From contig CAKOXR010000002.1 of the NCBI GenBank assembly GCA_934130215.1, positions 1 to 50,038 on the forward strand: 50,038 bases of DNA, given 5' to 3'. The DNA comes from an uncultured Bacilli bacterium (lineage in GTDB: Bacteria > Bacillota_I > Bacilli_A > RF39 > UBA660). The notes under the pieces were generated by a model, which did no database searches, was not told the DNA's origin, and saw only the letters and a program-made list of their open reading frames with translations. Numbering within the stretch: position 1 is the stretch's first letter; every line of letters begins with the position of its first letter. This document shows positions 21,469 to 30,840 of this stretch, piece after piece. The position numbers and the translations under genes are program-made.

Positions 21469-21710
21469 AAACCCTCCTAATTAAAAAGGACTATTAAAGT
21501 CCAGAATATAAATACTAGCACTTTATATTTAACAATTATAGTTAAAGCACTATGGTTAGTATATTTTTTTTACTAGTTATATACTTAACACTATAATAGT
21601 TTTCTTAATTATAATTTATCATACAAATTTTATTTATTCAAGTTAATTTTTTAAATTTTGACACTTTACTTGTCATTATATATTTTGTATAATTATAAAA
21701 GGTGAATATA

Positions 21711-22490
21711 ATGGATAATAAATTTGATGATTTAATAAATTATATAGATAATGTATCAAATCAAAATAAAATTAAAAAAGAAAAAAATAATTTTACTAAA
21801 TTTGTAAGAACTTTTATAAGTATTTTTTCAATATTTTTATTAGTTACCTCTGGATATTTTATTAAAGTAGTACTTGATAATAATAAAGATTTTAATGAAT
21901 CAAAAAGTATTATCCGTGAACTAACTAATACAACTTCAATCAATTTTGATGAATTAAAACAAAAAAATAGTGATACAGTAGCTTGGATAACAGTACCAAA
22001 TACAGTAATAAATTATCCTGTTGTAAAAAATAATGACAATAAATTTTATTTAAAAAATGATTTTTACAAAAAACATAATATTTATGGTTGGATTTTTGCA
22101 GATTTTAGAACTTCATTTCCGAATTTATCACAAAATACAATTATTTATGGTCATAATACAAGTATTGGTATAATGTTTGGGGATTTAATAAATTTACTAG
22201 ATAAAAAATGGTATGAAAATGAAGAAAACAATTATATTTATCTAAATACAACAGAAAAAGAATACAAATTTAAAATATTTTCCGTTTATAAAATTAAAAC
22301 AACAAATGATTATATAAAAACTGATTTCTCAAATGATTTTGATGAATATATTAAAATGGTTACAGATAGAAGTTTTATAGATTTTAAAACAAACATTGAA
22401 AATGATAAAATAATAACTTTATCAACATGTTATAATACTCAAAATAGTTCTATAAAATTAGTAGTACATGCCAAAATGATTAACAATTAG
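21711..22490 (+). CDS. srtB: class B sortase
   Basis: N-terminal TM anchor, DTVAWITVPNTVINYPVVKNNDNKFYLKNDF, IIYGHN, and the catalytic TLSTC motif. The ATG at 21711 follows AAAGGTGA; the ORF-track GTG at 21702 lies within the RBS. Confidence 0.85.
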   Translation: MDNKFDDLINYIDNVSNQNKIKKEKNNFTKFVRTFISIFSIFLLVTSGYFIKVVLDNNKDFNESKSIIRELTNTTSINFDELKQKNSDTVAWITVPNTVINYPVVKNNDNKFYLKNDFYKKHNIYGWIFADFRTSFPNLSQNTIIYGHNTSIGIMFGDLINLLDKKWYENEENNYIYLNTTEKEYKFKIFSVYKIKTTNDYIKTDFSNDFDEYIKMVTDRSFIDFKTNIENDKIITLSTCYNTQNSSIKLVVHAKMINN

Positions 22491-22560
22491 GCTTATTATT
22501 CACACATTTTATCTATTAATTGAATATATTGTAATAGATAATAAAGAAGGGGTGGATTAT

Positions 22561-22968
22561 ATGGAAAACAATTGCGGATGTATTGCTAAAATTCTAAGAG
22601 TTATAACTACACTTCAACAAAATGCTGAATGTGGAGAAACTTGTTTAGATACATGTGATCGTGGTTTTCTAGGATGTAACATAGCAACTATAGGATGTAA
22701 TACAAGACCAGTAATGATTTATACATGTGGAGGAAATGGAACACCATGGAGTATGCCAATATCAAAAGATGAGGGAGAAACTGTTACATCTAATGTTTTT
22801 AGAGTAGAAAAAGTTGATGGAAACTGTGCTACTTTTAGAGTTCTAACAACTAATACAGATGACCAAGCAGAATGTCCTTATTTAGCAACTAATTCATTTT
22901 TTACAATGGATTTAAACTGTTGTTGTGCTCTTAGATGTCTAAATGATACATGTGTTTCTTGTATTTAA
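22561..22968 (+). CDS. cysteine-rich CotY/CotZ/ExsY-like spore coat or exosporium protein
   Basis: 16 Cys in 135 aa. It contains VFRVEKVDGNCATFRVL and a C-terminal DLNCCCALRCLN, which resemble the Bacillus CotZ FFRVE..G.CATL and DCFCAI.CLN blocks. The ATG at 22561 follows GAAGGGGTGG. Confidence 0.75.
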   Translation: MENNCGCIAKILRVITTLQQNAECGETCLDTCDRGFLGCNIATIGCNTRPVMIYTCGGNGTPWSMPISKDEGETVTSNVFRVEKVDGNCATFRVLTTNTDDQAECPYLATNSFFTMDLNCCCALRCLNDTCVSCI

Positions 22969-22971
22969 AAG

Positions 22972-22995
22972 AGCAGATTTTTCTGCTTTTTTATT
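22972..22995 (+). terminator. rho-independent terminator after the CotZ-like gene
   Basis: AGCAGA-tttt-TCTGCT followed by a T-run. Confidence 0.6.
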
Positions 22996-23046
22996 GTATT
23001 TTTTTACTTAATATGATAATATTATTATAAGAAAGTGAGAACAAAT

Positions 23047-24339
23047 ATGAGACTTAATTTTCAGTTAAATAGACCTAAAACAATCATAAAATATGAAGAA
23101 AAAAAAGATTATACTATTATTTATATAATTGTAATTATAATTATTCTAGGATTAATTGGTCTTATTAGTTTTAATGTATATAAAAATAATACTTGTTCAT
23201 CTATAGAAACTAAAATACTAAACAATGTAACAGAATATGCTGAAGATAATAATTTATTAAAATTAAAAGAAGGAGATTCTACTACTATAAATATTGAGGA
23301 TATTTATAATAATGGTTATCCTATTATATCAAATGGAAATAAATGTACGGGAACTGTTAAATTTACAATGGCTGAAGGTAAATTAATTAAAACTTTTGAT
23401 ATTAATGGATGTAGTTATTGTTCAACTAAAAAAAGATTTAAAAAAAATTGGAACAAATCTAATACACTTGTTAATTCAAAATTAATTGATGTTATTGTTG
23501 AATATAATTATTATAATGCTGATACATTTTATACAAAATGGACAAAATGGTATCCATCAAATGATATAGATAAAGCAGTTAATATCCAATATGGAATAAC
23601 TTTACCAAAAGATGAAAAAAAATATCCTTCTGTTCCTTCAACAGCAGAAATACTAAAATATGAAGTTGAATATGATACATATTATAGTTTTAGAGATAAA
23701 ACATGGTTATGGTATAAAAATACAAATAACGATTATAGTAATGAATGGTATTCTACAAAACCTAAAGGATTTTCAAATAAAGATGAAAATACTATAAGAT
23801 ATACTGAATGGACTGATTGGTCATTAAACTACCCAGAAGAAAAATCATATAGAAAAATTAAAACTACAACAGGTTATAGGTGGTATTATAAAGATGAAAA
23901 AAATAAAAAACATTACTGGAATGGTGGTACATATTCAACACAAAAACCAAACGAAAATTATCCATTAAATGATAATTCAACGACTATGTATTCATATAGT
24001 GATGCTACATGGAGATGGTATAATGGACAAGAAAGAAAATATAATACTCAATATTCTAAAGTAGAACTAAGAGATTATCCTTATAAAGATCCATTAATGA
24101 CTAGTTATACAAAGTGGTCTAATTGGTCTAATGAGAAACCTGAACAACTAGAAAATAGAAATATAGAATCAGATATATATTATCGTTATAGAGCTTTTTA
24201 TAGAGATATTAATTTCTTAGTACTTGATAAATTTCTTCCAAAAGATCAATTTGAAGAAAAAATAGGAACCACTATAGAAGAATTTAGACATGATAATACA
24301 AAAAAAATAAGGTATAAATACACTTATCTTTATAAGTAG
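23047..24339 (+). CDS. membrane-anchored Trp/Tyr-rich repeat protein (unknown family)
   Basis: N-terminal TM (IIYIIVIIIILGLIGLISF), then a Cys-containing globular region and three Y-T-x-W-x-x-W motifs. The start is ATG 23047 or GTG 23035. Confidence 0.7.
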   Translation: MRLNFQLNRPKTIIKYEEKKDYTIIYIIVIIIILGLIGLISFNVYKNNTCSSIETKILNNVTEYAEDNNLLKLKEGDSTTINIEDIYNNGYPIISNGNKCTGTVKFTMAEGKLIKTFDINGCSYCSTKKRFKKNWNKSNTLVNSKLIDVIVEYNYYNADTFYTKWTKWYPSNDIDKAVNIQYGITLPKDEKKYPSVPSTAEILKYEVEYDTYYSFRDKTWLWYKNTNNDYSNEWYSTKPKGFSNKDENTIRYTEWTDWSLNYPEEKSYRKIKTTTGYRWYYKDEKNKKHYWNGGTYSTQKPNENYPLNDNSTTMYSYSDATWRWYNGQERKYNTQYSKVELRDYPYKDPLMTSYTKWSNWSNEKPEQLENRNIESDIYYRYRAFYRDINFLVLDKFLPKDQFEEKIGTTIEEFRHDNTKKIRYKYTYLYK

Positions 24340-24360
24340 TTTTTTAAACTACTTTTTTTA
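24335..24360. terminator. bidirectional terminator between convergent genes
   Basis: AGTAGTTT-ttt-AAACTACT hairpin (24335-24353) followed by TTTTTT. Confidence 0.5.
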
Positions 24361-24637
24361 TATCTAAAATATCACTAAATTTTATAATTTCATTATCCAT
24401 TGTTATTAGAGATGAATTATTTCGAGCAATTATAGTAGTATTTAATTTTCTATCTTTCAAACTTATAACAACATCAGCTTTATAAACAAAATCATTTGAT
24501 TTAAAAATATCATTTATTTTTTTTAAAACATCGACTTTTTCAATATTTTTATTTATATCCATACCTTTAGAATAATAAACTCTTTCATTATTACTAAACT
24601 CCTTATCAAACTTATTAACAAATAAATTATCTCTCAT
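24344..24637 (-). CDS. hypothetical small protein (97 aa)
   Basis: ORF only; no motif recognised. Confidence 0.5.
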   Translation of the reverse strand: MRDNLFVNKFDKEFSNNERVYYSKGMDINKNIEKVDVLKKINDIFKSNDFVYKADVVISLKDRKLNTTIIARNNSSLITMDNEIIKFSDILDIKKVV

Positions 24638-24648
24638 TTAATCACCTA

Positions 24649-25443
24649 TTATAAATTATTCATTTTTTTTGATAATATGATACCTATTACTAATAATATT
24701 TCACCAATTATAATATCTTTTAGAGTTCTATTAACAGTAAATGTATTTAAATACATAAGAAAGAGTGTTGAAAAAGTTAAAGCTTTAACTATAACCATAA
24801 AAATAACAGGATGCTTTTTCAATATATAAAGTATTATTTTTGAAACAACAATTATTCCAATTATTATTCCAATTACAAAAGGTATAAAAATTGAAATATT
24901 TCTAAAAGGATTACTTAATATTTCAAGTATTAAATCATATTTTTTTAAAACAATAAATATAGCAGTTCCACTTATACCAGGAATAATAGTTGATAAAGCT
25001 TCAATTATTCCAAGAATTATATATGTTAAAAACCCATCATTAAGTTTTATATTAAAAGATAATTTATTAATTAAAATAACAAATAAAAATATTGTAATAA
25101 AAATAATAATTTTATAAATTTTTTTATTTTTAAAATCATTAAATGAATAATCAATAGATCCAATAATTAAACCAATAAAAAGTAATAATACCGAAAAATA
25201 ATACTTATTAATCAAAACTTTTATAATATTACTAAATAAAATAATTGAAATAATACTACCAGATAATACTTGAAATAAAAATGAAAAATTTTTTTTAAAA
25301 TTTTTAAATAAACTATTTATACTTTCTAAAATATCTGTATAAATACCCATTGATATAGCTATTAAAGAACCACTAACACCAGGTAATATTTTACCAATTC
25401 CAATTATTAATCCTTTAATAAATAACACATTATCACCATTCAA
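24649..25443 (-). CDS. DUF368 family membrane protein (polyprenyl-phosphate transporter family)
   Basis: Polytopic, with the duplicated PGVSGS / PGISGT signature typical of DUF368. Confidence 0.75.
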   Translation of the reverse strand: MNGDNVLFIKGLIIGIGKILPGVSGSLIAISMGIYTDILESINSLFKNFKKNFSFLFQVLSGSIISIILFSNIIKVLINKYYFSVLLLFIGLIIGSIDYSFNDFKNKKIYKIIIFITIFLFVILINKLSFNIKLNDGFLTYIILGIIEALSTIIPGISGTAIFIVLKKYDLILEILSNPFRNISIFIPFVIGIIIGIIVVSKIILYILKKHPVIFMVIVKALTFSTLFLMYLNTFTVNRTLKDIIIGEILLVIGIILSKKMNNL

Positions 25444-25468
25444 GTTTATTCAAATAATAAAAAAAAAA

Positions 25469-26554
25469 TTACCTTTTTAGTAATTTTTTTTGAACTTCTT
25501 TAAAAGAATCAGGATCTCCTTGTAAAAGAGGAGTTATAGAATTATTATTACTTAATTGATTTATAATTTTAGCAATAAATATAGAACAATCAACATCTTT
25601 ATACCAAACAGAATTTTTAATATCTTTTGAAACATAAGTTAAATTAGTAGTATAAACACGATTAAAAGATTTATTTTCATATTCTTTATCAAATACTTCT
25701 TTACCATTACAAAAAAGTCCAAATGTAGAAGCTAAATAAATATTTCTTGCTCCCCTTCTTTTTAATTCTGTTGCAACATCAAGCATAGATTCACCAGAAG
25801 CAATCATATCATCTACTACAATACAATCTTTATCTTTAACATCTTTACCTAAATATTCATGAGCAATAACAGGATTCTTCCCATTTATAACTTTAGTTAA
25901 ATCCCTTCTTTTATGAAATATACCAACATCTACTTTTAACATATCAGCATAATATCTTGCTCTATTAAAAGCACCAGTATCTGGACTTATAATAATAGTA
26001 TTCTCATAATATATTTGTTCATTTTTTAATATTGCATTTATTATATTAACTGTTGGAAAAAAATTCTCAAATGCCATTAAAGGAACCACATTTTGAATAT
26101 TTTCATCATGAACATCAAATGTAACAATACATTTAACCCCTAAATTTTCAAGTTCTTTTAAAGCAATAGCACAATCCAAAGATTCTCTTCCTTTTCTTCT
26201 ATGTTGTCTTGAAGCATATAAAAGTGGCATTATAACAGTAATACTATCAGCATGTCCTCTAATTGCAGATATAACTCTTTTAACATCTTCTAAATGATCA
26301 TCAGGTGATTTATGATTCTCATAACCATACATTTTATATGTTATACTATGATTTCCTATATCTGTCATAATATAAACATTTTTTCCTCTAATTGTATTTA
26401 ATAATTTAACCTTTCCTTCACCATTACTAAATCTTATTTCTTCTGTTTCAACTAAATAATCTTGATTATAATTATTTAATTCTTTTAAATAATTATTAGT
26501 TTTTAAAGCAATTTCTTTAATAGATTCAAGTGCTACAATACTAATCTTACTCAT
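25469..26554 (-). CDS. prs: ribose-phosphate pyrophosphokinase family protein (long form, 361 aa)
   Basis: PRPP-binding loop CIVVDDMIASGESM and DVHDENIQ; the overall layout is Prs-like. Confidence 0.8.
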   Translation of the reverse strand: MSKISIVALESIKEIALKTNNYLKELNNYNQDYLVETEEIRFSNGEGKVKLLNTIRGKNVYIMTDIGNHSITYKMYGYENHKSPDDHLEDVKRVISAIRGHADSITVIMPLLYASRQHRRKGRESLDCAIALKELENLGVKCIVTFDVHDENIQNVVPLMAFENFFPTVNIINAILKNEQIYYENTIIISPDTGAFNRARYYADMLKVDVGIFHKRRDLTKVINGKNPVIAHEYLGKDVKDKDCIVVDDMIASGESMLDVATELKRRGARNIYLASTFGLFCNGKEVFDKEYENKSFNRVYTTNLTYVSKDIKNSVWYKDVDCSIFIAKIINQLSNNNSITPLLQGDPDSFKEVQKKLLKR

Positions 26555-26606
26555 ACAACCTCCTACTATATATAGTATATCATATTTGGTTATGAGAATA
26601 AATATT

Positions 26607-27047
26607 TTAATTATTAATAAAATCTTTTAATATTTGTTCAATTATAAAACATATTTTTTTCTTACTATCAACTCTATTTTCTAAAGCATTTAAAGTAATT
26701 GTTTTTTTAGTATTATTTAAACTATTATAAATACATATATATATTGTTCCATAATTATTTAATTCTCCAGTAACACCAATACCATAAGTAGAGCCTGAAA
26801 ATCTACATATTGCTTTAGCCATCTCAATAGAACATTCAACACTATAAACAGAATATTTATCAATCACTTCTTTAGATACACCCATTTTAATTTTAAAGTC
26901 ATCTGAATATGTAATAGCACTATACTTTAAAACCTTAGATGCTCCTTTTATATTAGTTATTTCATTTACAATAAATCCACCTGTACAAGATTCCATAGTA
27001 GAAATAGTTTCATTTCTTAAAGTTAATTCATTAACAATTTCTTTCAT
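26607..27047 (-). CDS. CinA C-terminal domain / nicotinamide-nucleotide amidohydrolase PncC-like
   Basis: ISTMESCTGGFIVNEITNIKGASKVLKYSAITYSDDFKIKMGVSKEVI. Confidence 0.8.
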   Translation of the reverse strand: MKEIVNELTLRNETISTMESCTGGFIVNEITNIKGASKVLKYSAITYSDDFKIKMGVSKEVIDKYSVYSVECSIEMAKAICRFSGSTYGIGVTGELNNYGTIYICIYNSLNNTKKTITLNALENRVDSKKKICFIIEQILKDFINN

Positions 27048-28048
27048 TAATCCTCCTTATGACCAGACTTAATAATTTGATTTTTAATTTTAAATAAAAT
27101 TTCTGTCAATTCAATATCATCACCATCAAACCAAAACAAATTTTGATTATATTTTTTTAAAAATCTTACCCATTTAAAAGTATGATTAAAAGCATAAGCA
27201 TAAGAAAATGTATTAATTAAGAATTTTGGATCTTTTTTTAATAAAATTTTAATATCTTCTTTATTTAAATTATTTAAATAATTATTAAACTTTTCCGCTT
27301 CATTTTTTAAATTAATACCAGTTTTAGTCTTTGGTGTTAACGATTTTAATGTATTAATTATTATAATAGTAGATATATGACCTATTATAAAAATACCTTT
27401 ACTATTTGTATTAGTTAAACTTATATAATAAAAAGGAAATCCTAAAATGACCATTAATAAAAGAATCAATATTTTAGATCTTATACTATTTTTACTTGTA
27501 TAAACTCTAACTAAAGATATAAAAGATATCCACATTATTATAGTAATAATAGATTTTTTTAATATATTAAATGGTAAATTAATATTAATTATAACAAAAA
27601 TAATAAATGTAAATATAACTAAACTATTATTTAAAAAAAGTTCTTCTTTTTGATTAATTTCATTTCTTAATTTTTTATTATCAATAGAATGTACAATATC
27701 ACTAATATCTTTATATAAATTTATATGAAGATCATTTACTTTAACAGAATTTCCCTTTTTAAATAATGATTTATACATAAGAGCTTCCGATTCATTACTT
27801 TCTCGATATTTTTTTATTTTTATAATTTTTTCTTTATTTATTTTTATATATCCTTTTTGTGCTAAATTAATTATTATTGAAGTTAAATCTCTATCATTAA
27901 CAAGAGAACTATAATAATATTTAAGTTCCCAAGGATTTAAATTAGGAATACATTTCTTTTCAATTTTATTTCTTTTCGTTTTATATAATTGTTCAATAAA
28001 TATACTACATAAAGTAAATAAAATAATTATTATTAAATTATTTAACAT
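27047..28048 (-). CDS. polytopic membrane protein, possibly DUF2207-like
   Basis: NPWELKYY...DLTSIIINLAQKGYIKI, followed by several TM helices. The family assignment is tentative. Confidence 0.55.
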   Translation of the reverse strand: MLNNLIIIILFTLCSIFIEQLYKTKRNKIEKKCIPNLNPWELKYYYSSLVNDRDLTSIIINLAQKGYIKINKEKIIKIKKYRESNESEALMYKSLFKKGNSVKVNDLHINLYKDISDIVHSIDNKKLRNEINQKEELFLNNSLVIFTFIIFVIININLPFNILKKSIITIIMWISFISLVRVYTSKNSIRSKILILLLMVILGFPFYYISLTNTNSKGIFIIGHISTIIIINTLKSLTPKTKTGINLKNEAEKFNNYLNNLNKEDIKILLKKDPKFLINTFSYAYAFNHTFKWVRFLKKYNQNLFWFDGDDIELTEILFKIKNQIIKSGHKED

Positions 28049-29351
28049 TTCTTAACCCTTTCGGATAATGGTTTTTAAGTTTACCATTAACTGCTTTAAA
28101 AAAACCTAATGGATATTCATTAACTATGATAACACCATATCCATTTGGACATTCATAATTAATTTCTTCACCCCTTAAATATTTTAAAACTCTTTCATCG
28201 TTTATATCTAAAATACATTTATTTTTAAAATGTTTACCATAAGCCATACATAAATAATGATTTGGTAAAAAATAATTATTTTTTACTTCCCCAATTTGTA
28301 CACCTGACGAAATAACATTTATATTATTTGGAACTTCTCCTCCTAATGTAAAAACTTTATTATTCATTATGTATATATCAAGTTTAATATCTAAATTTTT
28401 TAAAAATTCATCTATTATTCTTTCTTTAATAGGTTTTTTATTTTCTCTTATATCAGCATATTTTGAAACTTTATTTTTATTTTGCATAAGAGCCATAAAT
28501 TGACCTTCTCCTTTTGATATATGGGGATAAAATCTTCTTGAATATTGAGCAGGTTCTAATCCTTTAACAGTATATTTATCAATATTTTTTAATTTTTTTA
28601 ACTCATAATTATAATTTTTACAAAACCACTCTACAATATCTTCATTTTCTTCTTTTTCATAAGTACAAGTAGAATATAATATAAATCCATCTGTTTTAAC
28701 CATATTATAAGCATTACTTAAAATATCTTTTTGTCTTTTAGAACATAATTTAATATTATCAATACTATAATTTTTAATAGCTTCATAATTTTTTCTAAAC
28801 ATTCCTTCTGAAGAACATGGAGCATCAATTATAACTAAATCAAAATACCCTTTATAAACTTTACTTAATTGTTCACATGAAGCATTTGTAACAATAACAT
28901 TATTTAATCCCATTCTCTCTATATTACTATATAAAATATCCGCTCTTTTTTTATCATATTCATTAGATACTAAAAAACCTTTTTTTAATAATTGTGCAAC
29001 TTGAATACTTTTACCACCAGGTGAACTACATAAATCTAATACTTTATAATCTTCTTTTATATTAATAGAATTTATAGGCATACAAGCACCTGGATCTTGA
29101 CTATAAAAAAGTCCAGCATGATGATAAGGATGATTTCCAATTTTTACATTTTCTTCTAAATAAAAACTATTATCTGAGTAAGGTATTTTTTTTATTTTAT
29201 AAGGAAATATTTTTTTAAATTCTTTAGTACTTATTTTTGTTGTATTAACATTTATACCTTTTACACTATCTTTATCAAGTTCTTCTAAAAATTTATCATA
29301 AAAAGGTATAATTTTATTCATTTTTTTATCAAATTCCTCTGGAATTTTCAT
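28038..29351 (-). CDS. RsmB/RsmF (NOL1/NOP2/Sun) family rRNA cytosine-C5 methyltransferase
   Basis: SAM motif LDLCSSPGGKS, and catalytic DAPCSSEGMFRK and TCT. Confidence 0.85.
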   Translation of the reverse strand: MKIPEEFDKKMNKIIPFYDKFLEELDKDSVKGINVNTTKISTKEFKKIFPYKIKKIPYSDNSFYLEENVKIGNHPYHHAGLFYSQDPGACMPINSINIKEDYKVLDLCSSPGGKSIQVAQLLKKGFLVSNEYDKKRADILYSNIERMGLNNVIVTNASCEQLSKVYKGYFDLVIIDAPCSSEGMFRKNYEAIKNYSIDNIKLCSKRQKDILSNAYNMVKTDGFILYSTCTYEKEENEDIVEWFCKNYNYELKKLKNIDKYTVKGLEPAQYSRRFYPHISKGEGQFMALMQNKNKVSKYADIRENKKPIKERIIDEFLKNLDIKLDIYIMNNKVFTLGGEVPNNINVISSGVQIGEVKNNYFLPNHYLCMAYGKHFKNKCILDINDERVLKYLRGEEINYECPNGYGVIIVNEYPLGFFKAVNGKLKNHYPKGLRNVK

Positions 29352-29360
29352 ATAACCATC

Positions 29361-29732
29361 CTATTTTAATTTTTGTTCTAATACCTTTTCTATATTATCA
29401 ATTTTTTCATTATATTTTTTTATTTTTTTATTATTAATAAAATAATCATATAATGATATTTCTTTATTTAAAAACAATTCATAATTTGAACTATCTAATA
29501 AATTAACACTCAATCTAATTTCACTTAATTTTACTTCATATTCTCTGGTATTCTCTATTTTATCGGTAACCTCAAATTTATTAACATCATTTTGTAAATC
29601 ATTAATTTTATTATTTAAATTATTTATATCTAATTTTTTATTTGAATTCCTAAAAAATAAAGATAATGAACACAATATTAAAATTAAACCAAATAAAATA
29701 ATATAAAAATTTTTTCTTTTCAATTTAAACAC
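29361..29732 (-). CDS. small membrane-anchored coiled-coil protein, unknown function
   Basis: An N-terminal TM helix followed by Asn/Lys-rich helical sequence. Confidence 0.5.
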   Translation of the reverse strand: MFKLKRKNFYIILFGLILILCSLSLFFRNSNKKLDINNLNNKINDLQNDVNKFEVTDKIENTREYEVKLSEIRLSVNLLDSSNYELFLNKEISLYDYFINNKKIKKYNEKIDNIEKVLEQKLK

Positions 29733-29833
29733 CTCTTAATAATTGTATCATTTTTTTATATAAAAATAAAGGTTTATAGGTTAATACCTATACAATATTA
29801 GATAAATAAACTATTATATTTTGGGAGGAAAAA

Positions 29834-30238
29834 ATGAATTATTATAATTATATCCCTAATACAGGGAATATGAACTGTCAAGTTCAAAATACAAATCTTT
29901 ATGATCCTTATCAAGGATTTATCAGAGGTAATATGTTTAAAAATATATATGACCCATATAAATTAAATAATCCTTATAATATTAATCCCGTTAATGAACA
30001 AGCAAAAATGTTAACTACTATTGATGCTTTAAATTTTGCTATGATAGATTTAAATTTATATTTAGATATTTATCCTAATTCAAGAGAATATATTGATTTA
30101 TTTAATAAATATCGTCAAGAAAAAAATAATTTAGTTAAGGAATATGAAAATAGATATGGTCCTTTAACAATAGATAGTGATGCAAATAATACATATCCTT
30201 GGGCATGGGATAAATTTCCATGGCCTTGGCAAAATTAA
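29834..30238 (+). CDS. cotJB: CotJB spore coat protein with an N-terminal CotJA-like segment
   Basis: The C-terminal half, LTTIDALNFAMIDLNLYLDIYPNSREYIDLFNKYRQEKNNLVKEYENRYGPLT, is the CotJB signature. The N-terminal LYDPYQGFIRGNMFKNIYDPY resembles the CotJA GT(L/I)F..LY.PY motif. Confidence 0.75.
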   Translation: MNYYNYIPNTGNMNCQVQNTNLYDPYQGFIRGNMFKNIYDPYKLNNPYNINPVNEQAKMLTTIDALNFAMIDLNLYLDIYPNSREYIDLFNKYRQEKNNLVKEYENRYGPLTIDSDANNTYPWAWDKFPWPWQN

Positions 30239-30247
30239 GGAGGTAAT

Positions 30248-30802
30248 ATGTTAAAATATGTTAAAAAACTTGAATATCCAATAAATATTAAAAATAAAGA
30301 TTTGAAAATGGCGAAAACATTACTTGCTCAATTAGGTGGTCCTGACGGTGAAATTGGGGCAGCTATGAGATATTTTTGTCAAAAATTTACAATGCCTGAT
30401 GAAAGAGGTTCTGCTTTATTAAATGATATTGCAACAGAAGAACTAGCACATGTTGAAATGATTGCTACTATGGTTTATCAATTAATGAATGGAGCTACTT
30501 TAGAGGAATTAGAAACTTTTGGTTTACAAGGATATTATACACAACATAATAGAGGAATATATCCTGTTGATGCAAATGGTGTTCCATATACAGCATCTTA
30601 TATAGAATCATCTGGAAATTATATTGTTGATTTACAAAGTGATATGGCTGCTGAAGAAAGAGCAAGAGCAACTTATGAAAACTTAATGAACGAAACAAAT
30701 GATCCTGATTTATTAGGTCCTTTATCATTTTTGAGACAAAGAGAAGTTGTTCATTATAATAGATTTAAAGAATTACTACATTTTTATAAAAATGGTCAAT
30801 AA
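30248..30802 (+). CDS. cotJC: CotJC manganese-catalase-family spore coat protein
   Basis: KKLEYPINI..., GGPDGEIGAAMRYFCQKF, EELAHVEMIATMVYQL. Confidence 0.9.
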   Translation: MLKYVKKLEYPINIKNKDLKMAKTLLAQLGGPDGEIGAAMRYFCQKFTMPDERGSALLNDIATEELAHVEMIATMVYQLMNGATLEELETFGLQGYYTQHNRGIYPVDANGVPYTASYIESSGNYIVDLQSDMAAEERARATYENLMNETNDPDLLGPLSFLRQREVVHYNRFKELLHFYKNGQ

Positions 30803-30840
30803 TTGATCATTTTTTGCATATCATTTAACCAGGAGGTAAA

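Noticed and set aside
21481-21700. Possible riboswitch or attenuator in the ~230-nt region upstream of the 392-aa gene. It has a GGACT-ttaat-AGTCC hairpin followed by TTTTT right before the RBS, and three loosely similar AGTG(C/T)T...TATA elements.
   Set aside because: The hairpin has only 5 bp, and the repeats are short and degenerate in AT-rich DNA. No known riboswitch core is recognisable. The region also has to hold the divergent srtB promoter.
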